A stretch of DNA of 64,000 nt from an uncultured Clostridia bacterium (lineage in GTDB: Bacteria > Bacillota > Clostridia > Christensenellales > UBA1242): contig CAKNIB010000008.1 in the NCBI GenBank assembly GCA_930979925.1, forward strand, positions 217 to 64,216. Direction: 5' to 3'. Made by a program: the position numbers and the translations under genes. The stretch's first letter is position 1. Each line of letters opens with the position of its first letter. This document shows, piece by piece, positions 9,133 to 20,100 of the stretch. The notes under the pieces were generated by a model that saw only the letters and a program-made list of their open reading frames with translations, made no database searches and was not told where the DNA came from.

Positions 9133-10071
9133 TTAAATTCTCTCCTTTATCTTTTTTACAATCTCTTTAACCTTATCAATGTTAAACTCGTCTTCTTCAA
9201 GCTCCACCCTTTTATCTAAAAGGTTTTCAAGAGGCTCTTCATCGTCAAAGTCGATTTCAAGTTGTCCGCTATCCTCTAAACTTTCTAAGACTTTTTGGCT
9301 GTCAATAAGGCTATTATCGTACATGAGATTATTTGTATTTATTATTGCAAGCTTTCCTTCAGCTAGCATGTCAATATTATAGCATCTTCCGCTTGAAAAA
9401 CCAAATTTTATTTTGTTGTAAATAAAATTATATAAATTTATTCCACCTTTTCCCTCTTCTCCATCACTGCGCGGAGAAAAAATGCAAGTTTTATCGTAGT
9501 CACAGATAAGTTTTTGGTCCTCCTTATCAATAAAGTTTAGACCATAAAGCAAACACTTTCTATCTAAAAAGCCAAAGCTTTCGAGCACCTCAACTGGTGA
9601 GCATTTGTACATGTTTACAAGCTTGCCAACCTCTTCAAGGTCTCTTCCTATATGAAAGATAAGAGGCAGGTCACATCTAGCTGAAAAGTCTGATAGGTCG
9701 TTTAAAAAAGATGGGTTATAGTCAAGCAGGCTTTCAACCTCAAGCATAAGTCTCTCGCCAATTAGCGCGCTTGTTGGAAGAGATGGAAAGTCTTTGGCTG
9801 ATAGTATTTCGCGTCCTTCTAGCCCATATTTTTCTAGTGCCTTTAACCCCTGACCGTATTTTGTCACCTTTATATTAACCCGTCCTACGCCCGCTTTTTT
9901 ATTCTTGAAAATGGCATAGTCAGCTAAAGTTTGATTTTCTTCTTCTGATAAATTTTTAAGAATATTGTCAATATCATCTATCTTTAAAAACTGTCCTAAA
10001 GTGCAATAAATTGCATCGCAATAGTAGTTATAAAGCCTTTTTATTTTTATCTTGTTTGTTTCTCTTTGCAT
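9133..10071 (-). CDS. amidohydrolase-superfamily-like protein, apparently degenerate
   Basis: 312 aa. The central part aligns by eye to MtaD/SsnA-type amidohydrolases (IFHIGRDLEEV..SPVEVLESFGFLDRKCLL..SPRSD). The N-terminal HxH and the GTDG aspartate are not seen. Confidence 0.45.
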   Translation of the reverse strand: MQRETNKIKIKRLYNYYCDAIYCTLGQFLKIDDIDNILKNLSEEENQTLADYAIFKNKKAGVGRVNIKVTKYGQGLKALEKYGLEGREILSAKDFPSLPTSALIGERLMLEVESLLDYNPSFLNDLSDFSARCDLPLIFHIGRDLEEVGKLVNMYKCSPVEVLESFGFLDRKCLLYGLNFIDKEDQKLICDYDKTCIFSPRSDGEEGKGGINLYNFIYNKIKFGFSSGRCYNIDMLAEGKLAIINTNNLMYDNSLIDSQKVLESLEDSGQLEIDFDDEEPLENLLDKRVELEEDEFNIDKVKEIVKKIKERI

Positions 10072-10120
10072 AAAACCTCTCGCTAATACCTATTATACAT
10101 AAAATGGAGAGTTTAGGCAA

Positions 10121-11311
10121 ATGAAAGAGCGAGTTATTTTGCACTCTGATGTAAATAATTTTTTTGCTTCGGTAGAATGTGCAAATAGTCCAGAGCTTTT
10201 TGATAAGCCGGTGGCAGTTACTGGAAATCCTGAAAAGCGAAATGGAATAATCCTTGCAAAAAATGAAATAGCGAAAAAATTTGGAGTGAAAACTGGTCAA
10301 GTTATAGGCGAGGCTAAAGCGCTATGTCCTGGGCTTGTGTGTCTACCTCCGCACTACCAGCTGTACGAAGAAATCAGTGGAAAACTGCACCAGCTTTATC
10401 TTGAGTACACCAATTTTGTTGAGCCTCTTGGGCTTGACGAGTGCTGGCTTGATGTAACCGATAGTTTAAAATATCTTAAAAAGACAGGAGTTGAAATTGC
10501 AGACGAATTGCGGTCAAGAATACAAGAAAACTTTAATTTTACCGTGTCTGTTGGCGTGTCTTTCTCTAAAATCTTTGCAAAACTTGGCTCTGATATGCGT
10601 AAGCCTAACTTTACCACCTGTATACCAAAAGATAAGTTTAAAGAAATGACCTATCCCCTGCCTCTTGACTCTATAGTTGGCATTGGACGAAGGCTTGAGA
10701 AAAAGTTTGCATCCATTGATGTAAAAACTATTGGTGATTTTGTGGCTCTAGAAGATAGTTTTTTGCAAAATTTAATGGGCATAACGGGGTTACGACTTAA
10801 GCAAGACCTGCTTGGCGAGCGAGATGACCCTGTTGCCGACTATTACTCTCTTCCCCCACCTAAAAGTATTGGAAATGGTACTACAACGCTAAAAGATATT
10901 GTCTCGCGCGAAGAGGTCAAAAAGGTTATTTACTTTTTAGCCGAGAAAATCTCCTACCGAATGATAAAACACAAAGTGCTGGCAGGAAGCATTTCAATTA
11001 CACTAAAAAATAAAGACCTCAAGACCTATCATACTAGCAAAAAAATTTCGCCAACGAACAAGATTGAAGAGCTAGCAAAGTATGCGCTAGAGCTTGCAGA
11101 CAAGATATGGAAATATAACTATCCAATAAGAGCAATAAGGGTTAAAGGCTCGTCATTTACAAGTGCCGATGTCGTGCAGTTATCTGTGTTTGATAAGCCA
11201 AAATCGGAAATTTCTCAGGCAGTCAAAACAATTAACGACAAGTATGGTAAGATAGAACTTGCTTCCGACATGTCGGCTTTTTTAAATAAAAGTTCTCATC
11301 CTCAGGAATAA
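10121..11311 (+). CDS. dinB: DNA polymerase IV (Y-family)
   Basis: ILHSDVNNFFASVE, LGLDECWLDVT and SVGVSFSKIFAKLGSDMRKP motifs. 396 aa. Confidence 0.9.
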   Translation: MKERVILHSDVNNFFASVECANSPELFDKPVAVTGNPEKRNGIILAKNEIAKKFGVKTGQVIGEAKALCPGLVCLPPHYQLYEEISGKLHQLYLEYTNFVEPLGLDECWLDVTDSLKYLKKTGVEIADELRSRIQENFNFTVSVGVSFSKIFAKLGSDMRKPNFTTCIPKDKFKEMTYPLPLDSIVGIGRRLEKKFASIDVKTIGDFVALEDSFLQNLMGITGLRLKQDLLGERDDPVADYYSLPPPKSIGNGTTTLKDIVSREEVKKVIYFLAEKISYRMIKHKVLAGSISITLKNKDLKTYHTSKKISPTNKIEELAKYALELADKIWKYNYPIRAIRVKGSSFTSADVVQLSVFDKPKSEISQAVKTINDKYGKIELASDMSAFLNKSSHPQE

Positions 11312-11513
11312 TTTTAAAGATAATTCGACAAAATTTAATAAAAATTTAACAATATTCTTTTGCAATATTGTCATTTTATTTTGAAATTTTTGAATTTTGT
11401 ATTATACTGATGCTAGATTTAATAGTTATTTACCTTGCAACCTAGATAGCATTTTATGGAAATATTTACGTGTTGCCTCATATATTAAATTAGATTATTT
11501 TTAGGAGATTATT

Positions 11514-12341
11514 ATGAAATATCAAATTTTAGTTGATAGCGCTTCCGACCTATTGAGCGACTATTGCAAAGACGAAAATATAGGTTTTAAAGTTATTCCA
11601 CTTACTATTAATGTCAATGATAAAGAATATGTAGACAACGACAGTCTAAACATTGAAGAGATGTTAAAAGATATGCACTCGACTAAGAAAAGCTCGTCTG
11701 CCTGTCCGGCTCCCCAGTCTTTTTTGCAAGAATTTGACAATGCAGAGTATACTTTTATTGTGACTATAACCTCAAAACTCTCAGGATGCTACAATGCCGC
11801 TTGTGTTGCTAAAAATTCTTATTCTAAACCTGAAAATATCCATGTGATTGACTCTAAAGCTGTTAGTGGAACAGAGATACTAATTGTTGACAAGCTTATA
11901 GAGTTAATAAGGCAAGACCTTAGCTTTGAAGAAATTAAAAAGGAAATAGACGAGTATAGAGATAAAAAGAGTCTATATTTTATCTTGCAAAAGTTTGACA
12001 ACCTTGTCAATAATGGCAGAATGAGCAAAATTGCAGGTATTATTGCAAGTAAGCTTGTTATCCGCCCTATTTGTATAGCTCATGAAGGCGAAATAAAAAT
12101 GGCAAAGAAAATTATCGGAATTAAAAATGCGTTTATGAAAATGGTACAAATGATCTGCGAAAAGGCAAAAGATTATTCTAAAGACACCATTATTATTACT
12201 CATTGTTTTGCCGAAGAAGAAGCAAACTTTATTAAGCATGACCTTGAAGAAAAATGTAACTTTAAAGAGATAAGAGTGCTTCCTATGCGTGGACTTTGTT
12301 CCTACTACGCCCTTGAAAAAGGTATAATTGTTTGTCATTAA
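11514..12341 (+). CDS. DegV family fatty-acid-binding protein
   Basis: 275 aa. ILVDSASDL start and SSACPAPQSF serine motif, typical of DegV. Confidence 0.85.
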   Translation: MKYQILVDSASDLLSDYCKDENIGFKVIPLTINVNDKEYVDNDSLNIEEMLKDMHSTKKSSSACPAPQSFLQEFDNAEYTFIVTITSKLSGCYNAACVAKNSYSKPENIHVIDSKAVSGTEILIVDKLIELIRQDLSFEEIKKEIDEYRDKKSLYFILQKFDNLVNNGRMSKIAGIIASKLVIRPICIAHEGEIKMAKKIIGIKNAFMKMVQMICEKAKDYSKDTIIITHCFAEEEANFIKHDLEEKCNFKEIRVLPMRGLCSYYALEKGIIVCH

Positions 12342-12419
12342 AAAATATAAAGTTATTGTTATATAATTATATTAAAATAACCACTTATATAAATCAAGTG
12401 GTTATTTTGTTCTTAGAAA

Positions 12420-13346
12420 TTATTTGGTTTGTAAGTGTTTTTGTCTTAGCGCATACTTGCTGGCTTCAGTACCGGCAATGGTGCCTTCGCCAACTGCTGT
12501 TGAGATTTGCTTAATCAAATTTTGCCTAACATCACCGCAAGCATATACGCCCTCGCAGGTCGTCTGCATATTATTATCGGTGACGATGTATCCATTTGGC
12601 GTGACTTCTATTTGTCCTTGTAAGTTCTCGGTCTCTGGTTTTCTTCCAATTGCAACGAATACGGCATCAACGTCTATAGCCTTCTCCTCTCCATCGCAAT
12701 CATAATAAAGTTTTTCCACCTTATCACTGCCTTCTATACGTTTTGAAATTGAATTTTTAAGGATAGTCACATTATCTTTGTCTGATAGCTCTTCCTCGGA
12801 GTAATTATGCAATTTTAGATAGCTTTTGGTTAAAATGTACACCCTGCTACATATGCTTGATAGATAAATAGCGTCAGAGAAAGCCGAGTCGCCTGAGCCG
12901 ACAACTGCAACCGCCTTCCCCTTAAAAAAGTTACCGTCACAAAGAGCGCAATAGCTAACACCTCTACCCTTAAATTTTTCTTCTCCGTCAATGTTGAGCT
13001 CTTTTGGGTGACTGCCAAGAGCAAGCACTACTGCATAGGTTTTATATGTCTGTTTGCGACAGATAACCTCTTTTATGGGCAAGGATAAATTGTATCCAGT
13101 TACCTCTTCTCGTCTTATTTCGATATCAAGAGCTTTAGCATGAGCGTGAAAATGCTCGGCAAGATCGCTACCACTGATTTTGGAAAAGCCGGGATAGTTT
13201 TCTATCTCACCGATAAGTCCTAGTTGTCCGCCAACGGCAAATTTTTCGAGTACAAGCACTTCCCTGCCTGCCCTCTTTGCATAGATTGCTGCAGCAATGC
13301 CCGCCGGACCACTTCCAACGATAATCACATCATAGATTTTATCCAT
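12420..13346 (-). CDS. trxB: thioredoxin-disulfide reductase
   Basis: YDVIIVGSGPAGIAAAIYAKRAG FAD motif, redox CALC in SYCALCDG, and VVGSGDSA NADPH motif. 308 aa. Confidence 0.9.
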   Translation of the reverse strand: MDKIYDVIIVGSGPAGIAAAIYAKRAGREVLVLEKFAVGGQLGLIGEIENYPGFSKISGSDLAEHFHAHAKALDIEIRREEVTGYNLSLPIKEVICRKQTYKTYAVVLALGSHPKELNIDGEEKFKGRGVSYCALCDGNFFKGKAVAVVGSGDSAFSDAIYLSSICSRVYILTKSYLKLHNYSEEELSDKDNVTILKNSISKRIEGSDKVEKLYYDCDGEEKAIDVDAVFVAIGRKPETENLQGQIEVTPNGYIVTDNNMQTTCEGVYACGDVRQNLIKQISTAVGEGTIAGTEASKYALRQKHLQTK

Positions 13347-13497
13347 AAAACCTCCAACTTATATACAAGTATTATATCCTTAATATATTTTACTATAAAA
13401 AAGAAAGTTTGTAAAACAAATTAAGCAAATTAAAAAAGACTAGAATATCAATAAACTAGCCTTTTTACATCTAAACATTATTATTAAATAATAACAA

Positions 13498-13905
13498 TTA
13501 TCTCTTTGAGAATTGAGAGGCTTTGCGGGCTTTTTTGAGACCGTATTTCTTTCTCTCTTTCATTCTTGGGTCACGTGTGAGAAGTCCTGCCTCTTTGAGC
13601 TCCTTCTTATACATCTCGTCTGCCTTTACAAGTGCTCTTGCAATGCCGTGTGAGATAGCTCCTGCCTGGCCTGATATTCCACCGCCAACAACTCTTACAA
13701 TAACATCATATTTGTCAGCTGTGCCTGTAACGTCAAATGGTCTACGAGCAATTAAAAGAAGGGTATCTCTTTGAAGGTACTCACCCATTTCTCTACCATT
13801 AACAGTCCACTTTCCACTACCTGGGAAAAGTCTAACTCTTGCGATTGATTTCTTTCTTCTACCAGTTGAAATAATTTGACTGGTCTTTGTTTTCTTCTCT
13901 GCCAT
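13498..13905 (-). CDS. rpsI: 30S ribosomal protein S9
   Basis: 135 aa, with the C-terminal motif [29 protein letters not shown]. Confidence 0.95.
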   Translation of the reverse strand: MAEKKTKTSQIISTGRRKKSIARVRLFPGSGKWTVNGREMGEYLQRDTLLLIARRPFDVTGTADKYDVIVRVVGGGISGQAGAISHGIARALVKADEMYKKELKEAGLLTRDPRMKERKKYGLKKARKASQFSKR

Positions 13906-14348
13906 TAGTTTCTAACTCCTTTTATTTCAACTTGCTCTGGTTTTTGAGCTTGATGGTTATGCTCGCCATCCTTATATACATGCAATCTAGTAAACTGTTT
14001 TCTACCAAGTGATGTCTTTGGAAGCATGCCTTTTACAGCCTGCTCGACAGCCTTTGGTGAGTTCTTTTGCATGAGTGTACCGTAATCAACCTCTTTAAGT
14101 CCGCCGATGTAGCCGGTGTGCCATCTGAGTTTTTTATCTGTAAGTTTGTTTCCTGTTAAAACAACCTTATCTGAGTTTAATACTATTACAAAGTCTCCGC
14201 AATCTACATGAGGAGTGTAAGTTGTTTTGTTTTTACCTGTTAATATATCAGCTACTTGACTTGCCACTCTACCAAGTGGAACATTTGTAGCGTCTACTAC
14301 GAACCATTTTCTTTCAATGTCCGCTGGCTTTGCCATATATGTTTTCAT
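13905..14348 (-). CDS. rplM: 50S ribosomal protein L13
   Basis: 147 aa. The [19 protein letters not shown] motif is typical of L13. Lies upstream of rpsI. Confidence 0.95.
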   Translation of the reverse strand: MKTYMAKPADIERKWFVVDATNVPLGRVASQVADILTGKNKTTYTPHVDCGDFVIVLNSDKVVLTGNKLTDKKLRWHTGYIGGLKEVDYGTLMQKNSPKAVEQAVKGMLPKTSLGRKQFTRLHVYKDGEHNHQAQKPEQVEIKGVRN

Positions 14349-14465
14349 CTTTTCCTCCGAATAAAATTTATCATATTTTAAAACTTGATTGTCATCCGTT
14401 AAGTCTTCGGGACCTTATGGACAAACCGTCTCAACTTGGCAAATTTTATCCGCGGGGCTAGTGCA

Positions 14466-14493
14466 AACAAAAAACGCCTTAAATTTAAGACGT
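14466..14493 (-). terminator. intrinsic terminator (or leader attenuator) upstream of rplM
   Basis: On the minus strand: ACGTCTT-AAATTT-AAGGCGT, with a G.U wobble only on this strand, followed by TTTTTTGTTT. Confidence 0.5.
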
Positions 14494-14592
14494 CTATATT
14501 TTAATATATATAAAAAGCTTTGTCAAGCGTTTAATAAAAGTTTTTAAAAAGTTTTATTAATTTATATAACTTGACCTATAACATCATATTAT

Positions 14593-15249
14593 CTAAATTG
14601 AAGACTCCTCTTCTTCACGTTTTGCTATCTCGTTATCTGCGTAAAAGTCTATTAAGTAATCAGCCACCCTTGTGTAATAGCTGGTCTTATCCTTAATAGC
14701 GTTTTCTGCCATATTTTTACAAAGCAAATCTGTCTTCTTTTGATATGCTGCAATTCCTTCAGGGCTAGTTATGCCCATTTGACCTGCCACCTGCTTAATA
14801 AACTCTGGAGTAAACTTTGCGCTTGCCGTTTCAAAGTCTATCACGCTGTTTGTGTAATTGGTTCTATCATTGTCTATATTGACGCCAGAGTTATGGCTAT
14901 AGTCGCCAAGTTCTGCCTGATATCCAATTGCCATGTCCATAAGAGCTGACACCTGTGTTGCATAGCCACCGCTAGAAAAATTAAGCTCTTCTGGTAAGGC
15001 CTTTCTGTACTCGTCAACACACTCTGGATGCGATGATACATCAAAATATTTAGCGTATTTTGGTAATGATTTCATAACTTTATCAAACTTCTCTTCAAAC
15101 TCAGTAATGTCAGTTTTAACGCCTGTTTGTTTATCTCTATTTCTTAAATAATTTAAAGTGATACCATAGTGGAGTGCAAGAAACTCCTCTTCCCCTATCG
15201 AATTTGCGCACAGTAATTTATTATGTAAATCATCTATTAAGTTTTGCAT
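14593..15249 (-). CDS. hypothetical protein
   Basis: 218-aa ORF with RBS AGAGGAG. No recognisable motif. Confidence 0.6.
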   Translation of the reverse strand: MQNLIDDLHNKLLCANSIGEEEFLALHYGITLNYLRNRDKQTGVKTDITEFEEKFDKVMKSLPKYAKYFDVSSHPECVDEYRKALPEELNFSSGGYATQVSALMDMAIGYQAELGDYSHNSGVNIDNDRTNYTNSVIDFETASAKFTPEFIKQVAGQMGITSPEGIAAYQKKTDLLCKNMAENAIKDKTSYYTRVADYLIDFYADNEIAKREEEESSI

Positions 15250-15405
15250 ATATTCTCCTCTTTTGTCTATGATTTTATTATATCAACATATTATCTCTTT
15301 TGCAAGCGATTTTGCATAATTATGCAAAAAAGTTTATTATTATGTTGATACTCTATTTATTATGTGCTTTATTTGTTAAAAAATTTATTTTTATCGTAAA
15401 AACCG

Positions 15406-15434
15406 TTGACATTCCTTTATTTATATTATATAAT
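15406..15434 (+). promoter_or_regulatory. consensus sigma-A-type promoter TTGACA-17-TATAAT
   Basis: TTGACA at 15406-15411, a 17-nt spacer, and TATAAT at 15429-15434. Lies upstream of the 15573-24313 operon. Confidence 0.6.
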
Positions 15435-15572
15435 AAGGTTAATTAATATGAAACAATATTAATTACAACTAAAAACACAAAAAACTAACTAATTCCTTTT
15501 ATTTACCTAGCGTGTAGGCTTTATAACTTATTGAAAATTGTGTTTTTAATTGTTAACATTTAAGGGGGTTTT

Positions 15573-15782
15573 ATGGTAAGCAGTAATACTGTTTTAGCCA
15601 TGCAAAGTTTGCAAAAAGCAAACTTATCAGCCTTAACATTTGTCAATTTTGACCTCTTAAAAAATTTTTACCAAGATTATTCACACGGACAAGCCGTGAT
15701 TACATATAATAAACTGAATATGTCAAAAATAGACGAGTGTGCTGAGCCCTATAGTAAGGGGTGCAGAACATGGCTAGTTTGA
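15573..15782 (+). CDS. small hypothetical protein (69 aa), first gene of the giant-protein operon
   Basis: Good RBS AAGGGGG 5 nt upstream of the ATG. Overlaps the next gene by 13 nt. No motif recognised. Confidence 0.45.
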   Translation: MVSSNTVLAMQSLQKANLSALTFVNFDLLKNFYQDYSHGQAVITYNKLNMSKIDECAEPYSKGCRTWLV

Positions 15783-17140
15783 GAAATGGAAAAAAGAATT
15801 CTGCAAAGAATGAAGATATAAAATTAAAAAATCAATCTGTTGATGCTGGTGAGTATCTCATTTTTGATGTCAATGGCGATAGCATAGATAGCGCCATTGA
15901 AAATCAAGTACGCGCGGAAGGCGACGATAAAGTTGAGAAAACAAGTAATACTAAAACTAACCAAGCTGACACTGCAAAAAGCGACCTTGCAAGTAAGCCT
16001 GAAGAGAGCGAAGACTATGAGAAGGCGATGGAGCTTTTTAAGCAAGGCAGTTATGGGCTATACAGCGACGAAGGCAAAGAAGGTAAAGCTGAAGAGGTCA
16101 AGGATGAAGGGCTTGATGTTTCAGCACTAGCCGAAGAATATAACAAGACAAAACAGGTTAAAGTCAAAAAGACAAGGCCTCAAAAAGAGCCTAAAGCAAA
16201 AGGTAAGAAGAGAATACGAGACAAGAAAGGTCACAAACACCGCATGAGAACGCTGGGTGTGCTGGTAGTACTTGGTATATTCACTGGAAGTGGTTTGGGT
16301 GTTTGGTATTTTAACGATGTATTAAGGTCTGATGTCAACTATAACCAATATGACATTTCAGAATTTATCACAACGGCAAGTGAGGTCTTGAGTGAAGTTT
16401 ATGGGCTTAGTGAAAGTCAGCAGAGAAATTGGCTGGAAGTTGCCAAGGCCTCTGACAAAAACTCCCCTGACGACTTGACCGCTGTACAGAGTTTTATACT
16501 TGCTGAGTACAATGCGACTTTAGCTGAAAGGTTCCATGCTGAAGGCAACGGTCGAGTTGCAACTATCGCCACCCAATCAGTATATAGCGAAAAGAACTAT
16601 GATGGCAATCGTTACACCTTTGAAAGTATCAGTAAAGGTATGATGTCTATAGCTATTTGTTCGGCGATGGATAAAGGTGGCAAGAAAGTTGAGTTATATA
16701 GAGGGGCAAACATTCAACCTAATGACGCAGAGTGGAGCCTTGCTGATGATGACGTGTACTCGCTTGATGAGTACGAAGAGCTTGCAGGCTCAACCCCTGA
16801 CGCCATTCAACCTTATATTATTTCTGATAAAACAGTGCTTAACTCTTCAATAGAAAGAGATGAAGAGACCGGTTACTATACTTTAACTTTTGAGCTTGAC
16901 CCAATAACAAGCGTGCTACGATATGCAAGGCAGGTAAGGCAGACAAGTGGACTTAGCTCCTACCCTGAGTTTAAAACGATTTCACAAACAATTACCATAG
17001 ATGAAAATTGGAATCTCATTTGCATTGATGTGCATGAGACTTATAGTGTGGTTGCTTTTGGTATTCCTGCAAGTTGTACGGGTACGCTGACAACCTATTA
17101 CTACTTTAACGACGACGCGGTTCTTGACCTGCCCGTCTAA
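15770..17140 (+). CDS. single-pass membrane protein with K/E-rich cytoplasmic N-terminus and a ~270-aa extracellular domain
   Basis: ORF runs 15761-17140. ATG 15770 has RBS AAGGGG 8 nt upstream. TM helix is TLGVLVVLGIFTGSGLGVWYF. Its stop lies 12 nt before the giant gene. Confidence 0.7.
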   Translation: MASLRNGKKNSAKNEDIKLKNQSVDAGEYLIFDVNGDSIDSAIENQVRAEGDDKVEKTSNTKTNQADTAKSDLASKPEESEDYEKAMELFKQGSYGLYSDEGKEGKAEEVKDEGLDVSALAEEYNKTKQVKVKKTRPQKEPKAKGKKRIRDKKGHKHRMRTLGVLVVLGIFTGSGLGVWYFNDVLRSDVNYNQYDISEFITTASEVLSEVYGLSESQQRNWLEVAKASDKNSPDDLTAVQSFILAEYNATLAERFHAEGNGRVATIATQSVYSEKNYDGNRYTFESISKGMMSIAICSAMDKGGKKVELYRGANIQPNDAEWSLADDDVYSLDEYEELAGSTPDAIQPYIISDKTVLNSSIERDEETGYYTLTFELDPITSVLRYARQVRQTSGLSSYPEFKTISQTITIDENWNLICIDVHETYSVVAFGIPASCTGTLTTYYYFNDDAVLDLPV

Positions 17141-17152
17141 AAGGATAAAATT

Positions 17153-20100
17153 ATGAGAAGTGTATTTAGATTTTTATCATACTCTTTATTATACATTATC
17201 ATTGCGGTGGCTTCAGCGTATGGGGTCATCACTATTTCTATGAGCAATTATACTAGAGAGCTTAACGCGTCAAATAATAGCGGTGGTGGGTCGCAAGAGA
17301 TTGTTATACCAGAAGAGATTTCTTCCATGTTTGAAAAAATCACCTCCTCCCCGGCGCTTGGAATAGAACTTGAAGTTGGCGTGCAGGCGGGAGAGACTAA
17401 TATCGACATCCTTGTTGACGGCGAAGTTGACTTGTCAGCAGGGGTTGATAACCTTGCCGTAGCTGCAGACATAGCCATACTTTTAAATGGCAGTCCTATA
17501 AATCTTGACCTAACTTATCAAAACGGTAACCTATATCTTGAGATGTTAAACAACAAGTTCTTTATAGCAACCGATAATTTGCTAAGCTCGGTAGACCAAA
17601 TCATGACACTACTTAACGTTGAAATGCCTGAGCTTGGTATCGACCTTGATAGTCTGTCGCTTGACACTATTATGGGCTTCTTTGCAAATTATGAGGAAAG
17701 TGTCAATGAAGATGGAAGCTTAACTCTTAGTGTTGCCCTTCCAGTTGGAGACAACATCAATCTTGAGCTTATTACAACATCTGACTATACCTTAACTGGA
17801 ATTGGTCTTGAGCCAATCAGTATTGAAGGCACAAGCATTGAGGCGCAAGGACAATTACACTATCTTGTAGAGTCAAGCATTCCTACTTTAGATAGTGAAG
17901 ACTACATTGACCTTACAAATGTAATTGATTTAGCTTGTGGTGTTATCAACTATGTAAAACAAGACAACTTTGCGCTGGAGCTAAACTTTAAATATCAAGA
18001 TGTTGTTTTAAATGGCGACATTCTATTCTCGCTAAATGATAAGAAGGCGCTTGTAAAGTTAAATATTGAGGAATATGCTGTCAACCTATTATATATAGAT
18101 AATAATATATATTTAGAATTTAACAATATATTTGTTAAGTTTGACCTTAGTCAGACAAATCAGCTTTTTGAGCTTTTGAGTAAGTATTTTGACATTGATA
18201 TCCCAAGTCAACTTATCTCTTCAATATTTGGAGCTATTGAAAGTGGCGATTTCTCTGAAGTTATTGATAGCGCTGGGCTAGCAGATTTTGACCTTACTCA
18301 ATTTGATTTTTCTAGCATTGACCTTGGCATTCTTAATAGCATAGAAAAAAACGGCAATATTACCACAATATCAATCGAGGAAATCGGAGATATATTGGTA
18401 ACCATTGACCAAGGCAGTTTATCGCAGATTGCTTTTGATGGTTTTGGAATAGAGGCAGATTTAAGCGTAATTGACTACTACGAGTACAGTTTATCGCAAA
18501 ACCAAGGCGACTATGCCGACATTAGCTTGTTATTACCAACCATCGATAATGTGCTCGGATTGCTTCAAAACAACACCTACTCTGGCGTGATTTCTGCCAA
18601 AATTGGCGATTTTAACCTCGATATAAACTATCTTTTACACCGTGGAGAGAGTACGTTTATTACCCTGTCAACAACTTTACTCGGACAGGACATCAAGGCA
18701 ACTGTTATTGATGGCAAAATATATGTTGAGATTTCTGATAGCAAAATTGTAGCTACTCTTGATAATCTTGGAAATGTAATAAATCAGCTTGTTTCAACCT
18801 TCAGTAATAGTCAGGCTGTTGGTGGTAATGGTGAAAGTCAGCTAATAGATGTTGACAGTATCCTTGATAGCTTGCTTGAAATAATTAACCCTGATGTAAA
18901 CCCTAAACTTATCACTAAATTTACCACAACTGAAAATGGTGTTGCTATTACCCTTCTTGATAAATATAACATTACCCTTTCAAACTTCTCAAATCAACTT
19001 GATGTTGCGTTTAACTACGACAGCATTGACGTTAAAATAAACGTTATTGGAAGTGAGCAAAATATTGTAGCTCCTGTATTAAACGATGAAGAATATACTC
19101 CTATCGAGGACATCGCAAACACTATAATCAATGTTTACAACTATGTGCTTGATGGTAAGTTCTATATTAGTCTTAATGCAAGCTATAAAGATTTAGTTGT
19201 AAGTGGCGGTATCAACTATGATGAGAGCGGTTTGAGTGCTACTATCACCCTAACCTATAAGAATTTAACCGCAAATGTGATATTCTATGAAAATAGTTTG
19301 TATGTTACAGCTGAGAATATCAAACTTGTATTTAACCTTGACGATATTGACTACGTAAAAGCATTCTTAAATGACTACTTCGGATTGGATATCGAGAGCA
19401 TGCTTCAAGAGCTTTTAAGTGGAGAGCAAAATAGTGATGTAACTGAAGACGGAAAAACTTCTGAAAGCGTTGAGGAGGCTTCTGACAACAAGCTGCTTGA
19501 TATGCTAAGTGGACTTCTTGGAGAAAAGTCGATTGAGGAGATTATTGCTGAGGCAAAACTTGCAATCACTTCTGACAATATCTCTTTAACTGCGCTTGAT
19601 GGGCTTCAAGTTGACATCCTTTTAAGTGGCAATATGATTGACCAACTCGCAATCAAGTATCAAGATATCTCTGCAAGTGCAAGCATCAACAAAGAGCCAA
19701 TCAGTATTGGTGTCAACGCAAGTGAGTATTACAATATTATTGACCTTGTTGACATCGTCAAAGGTGGAGTTGACCTTGCAAGGCAAAAGCAAATAGGTTT
19801 AAGTTATGATGTGACCTATAAAGAAATTGCTCTTTCTGGCAATATATACCTTGACCTTGAAAGTAAGTCGGCAAAAATAGTTGTAAATTACAAAGATATT
19901 ACTGCTAACGTTATTCTTATTGATAATGTGCTCTATCTTGAAGCGTATAACCTTTATGCAAAATTTGGGCTTAGTGATATTGGAAATGTTACTTTGCTTA
20001 TTGAAAAGTACTTCGGTGTTGATATGCCTGATGAGCTTATTGCAAAACTTGTCTCTGTAATAGAAAGTGGTGACTTATCACAACTTTTAGAGAGCATTGA

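Noticed and set aside
11355-11385. Inverted repeat ACAATATT-N7-AATATTGT upstream of degV as an operator
   Set aside because: Short AT-only palindromes are common by chance in this AT-rich genome, and there is no second copy or known regulator to link it to.
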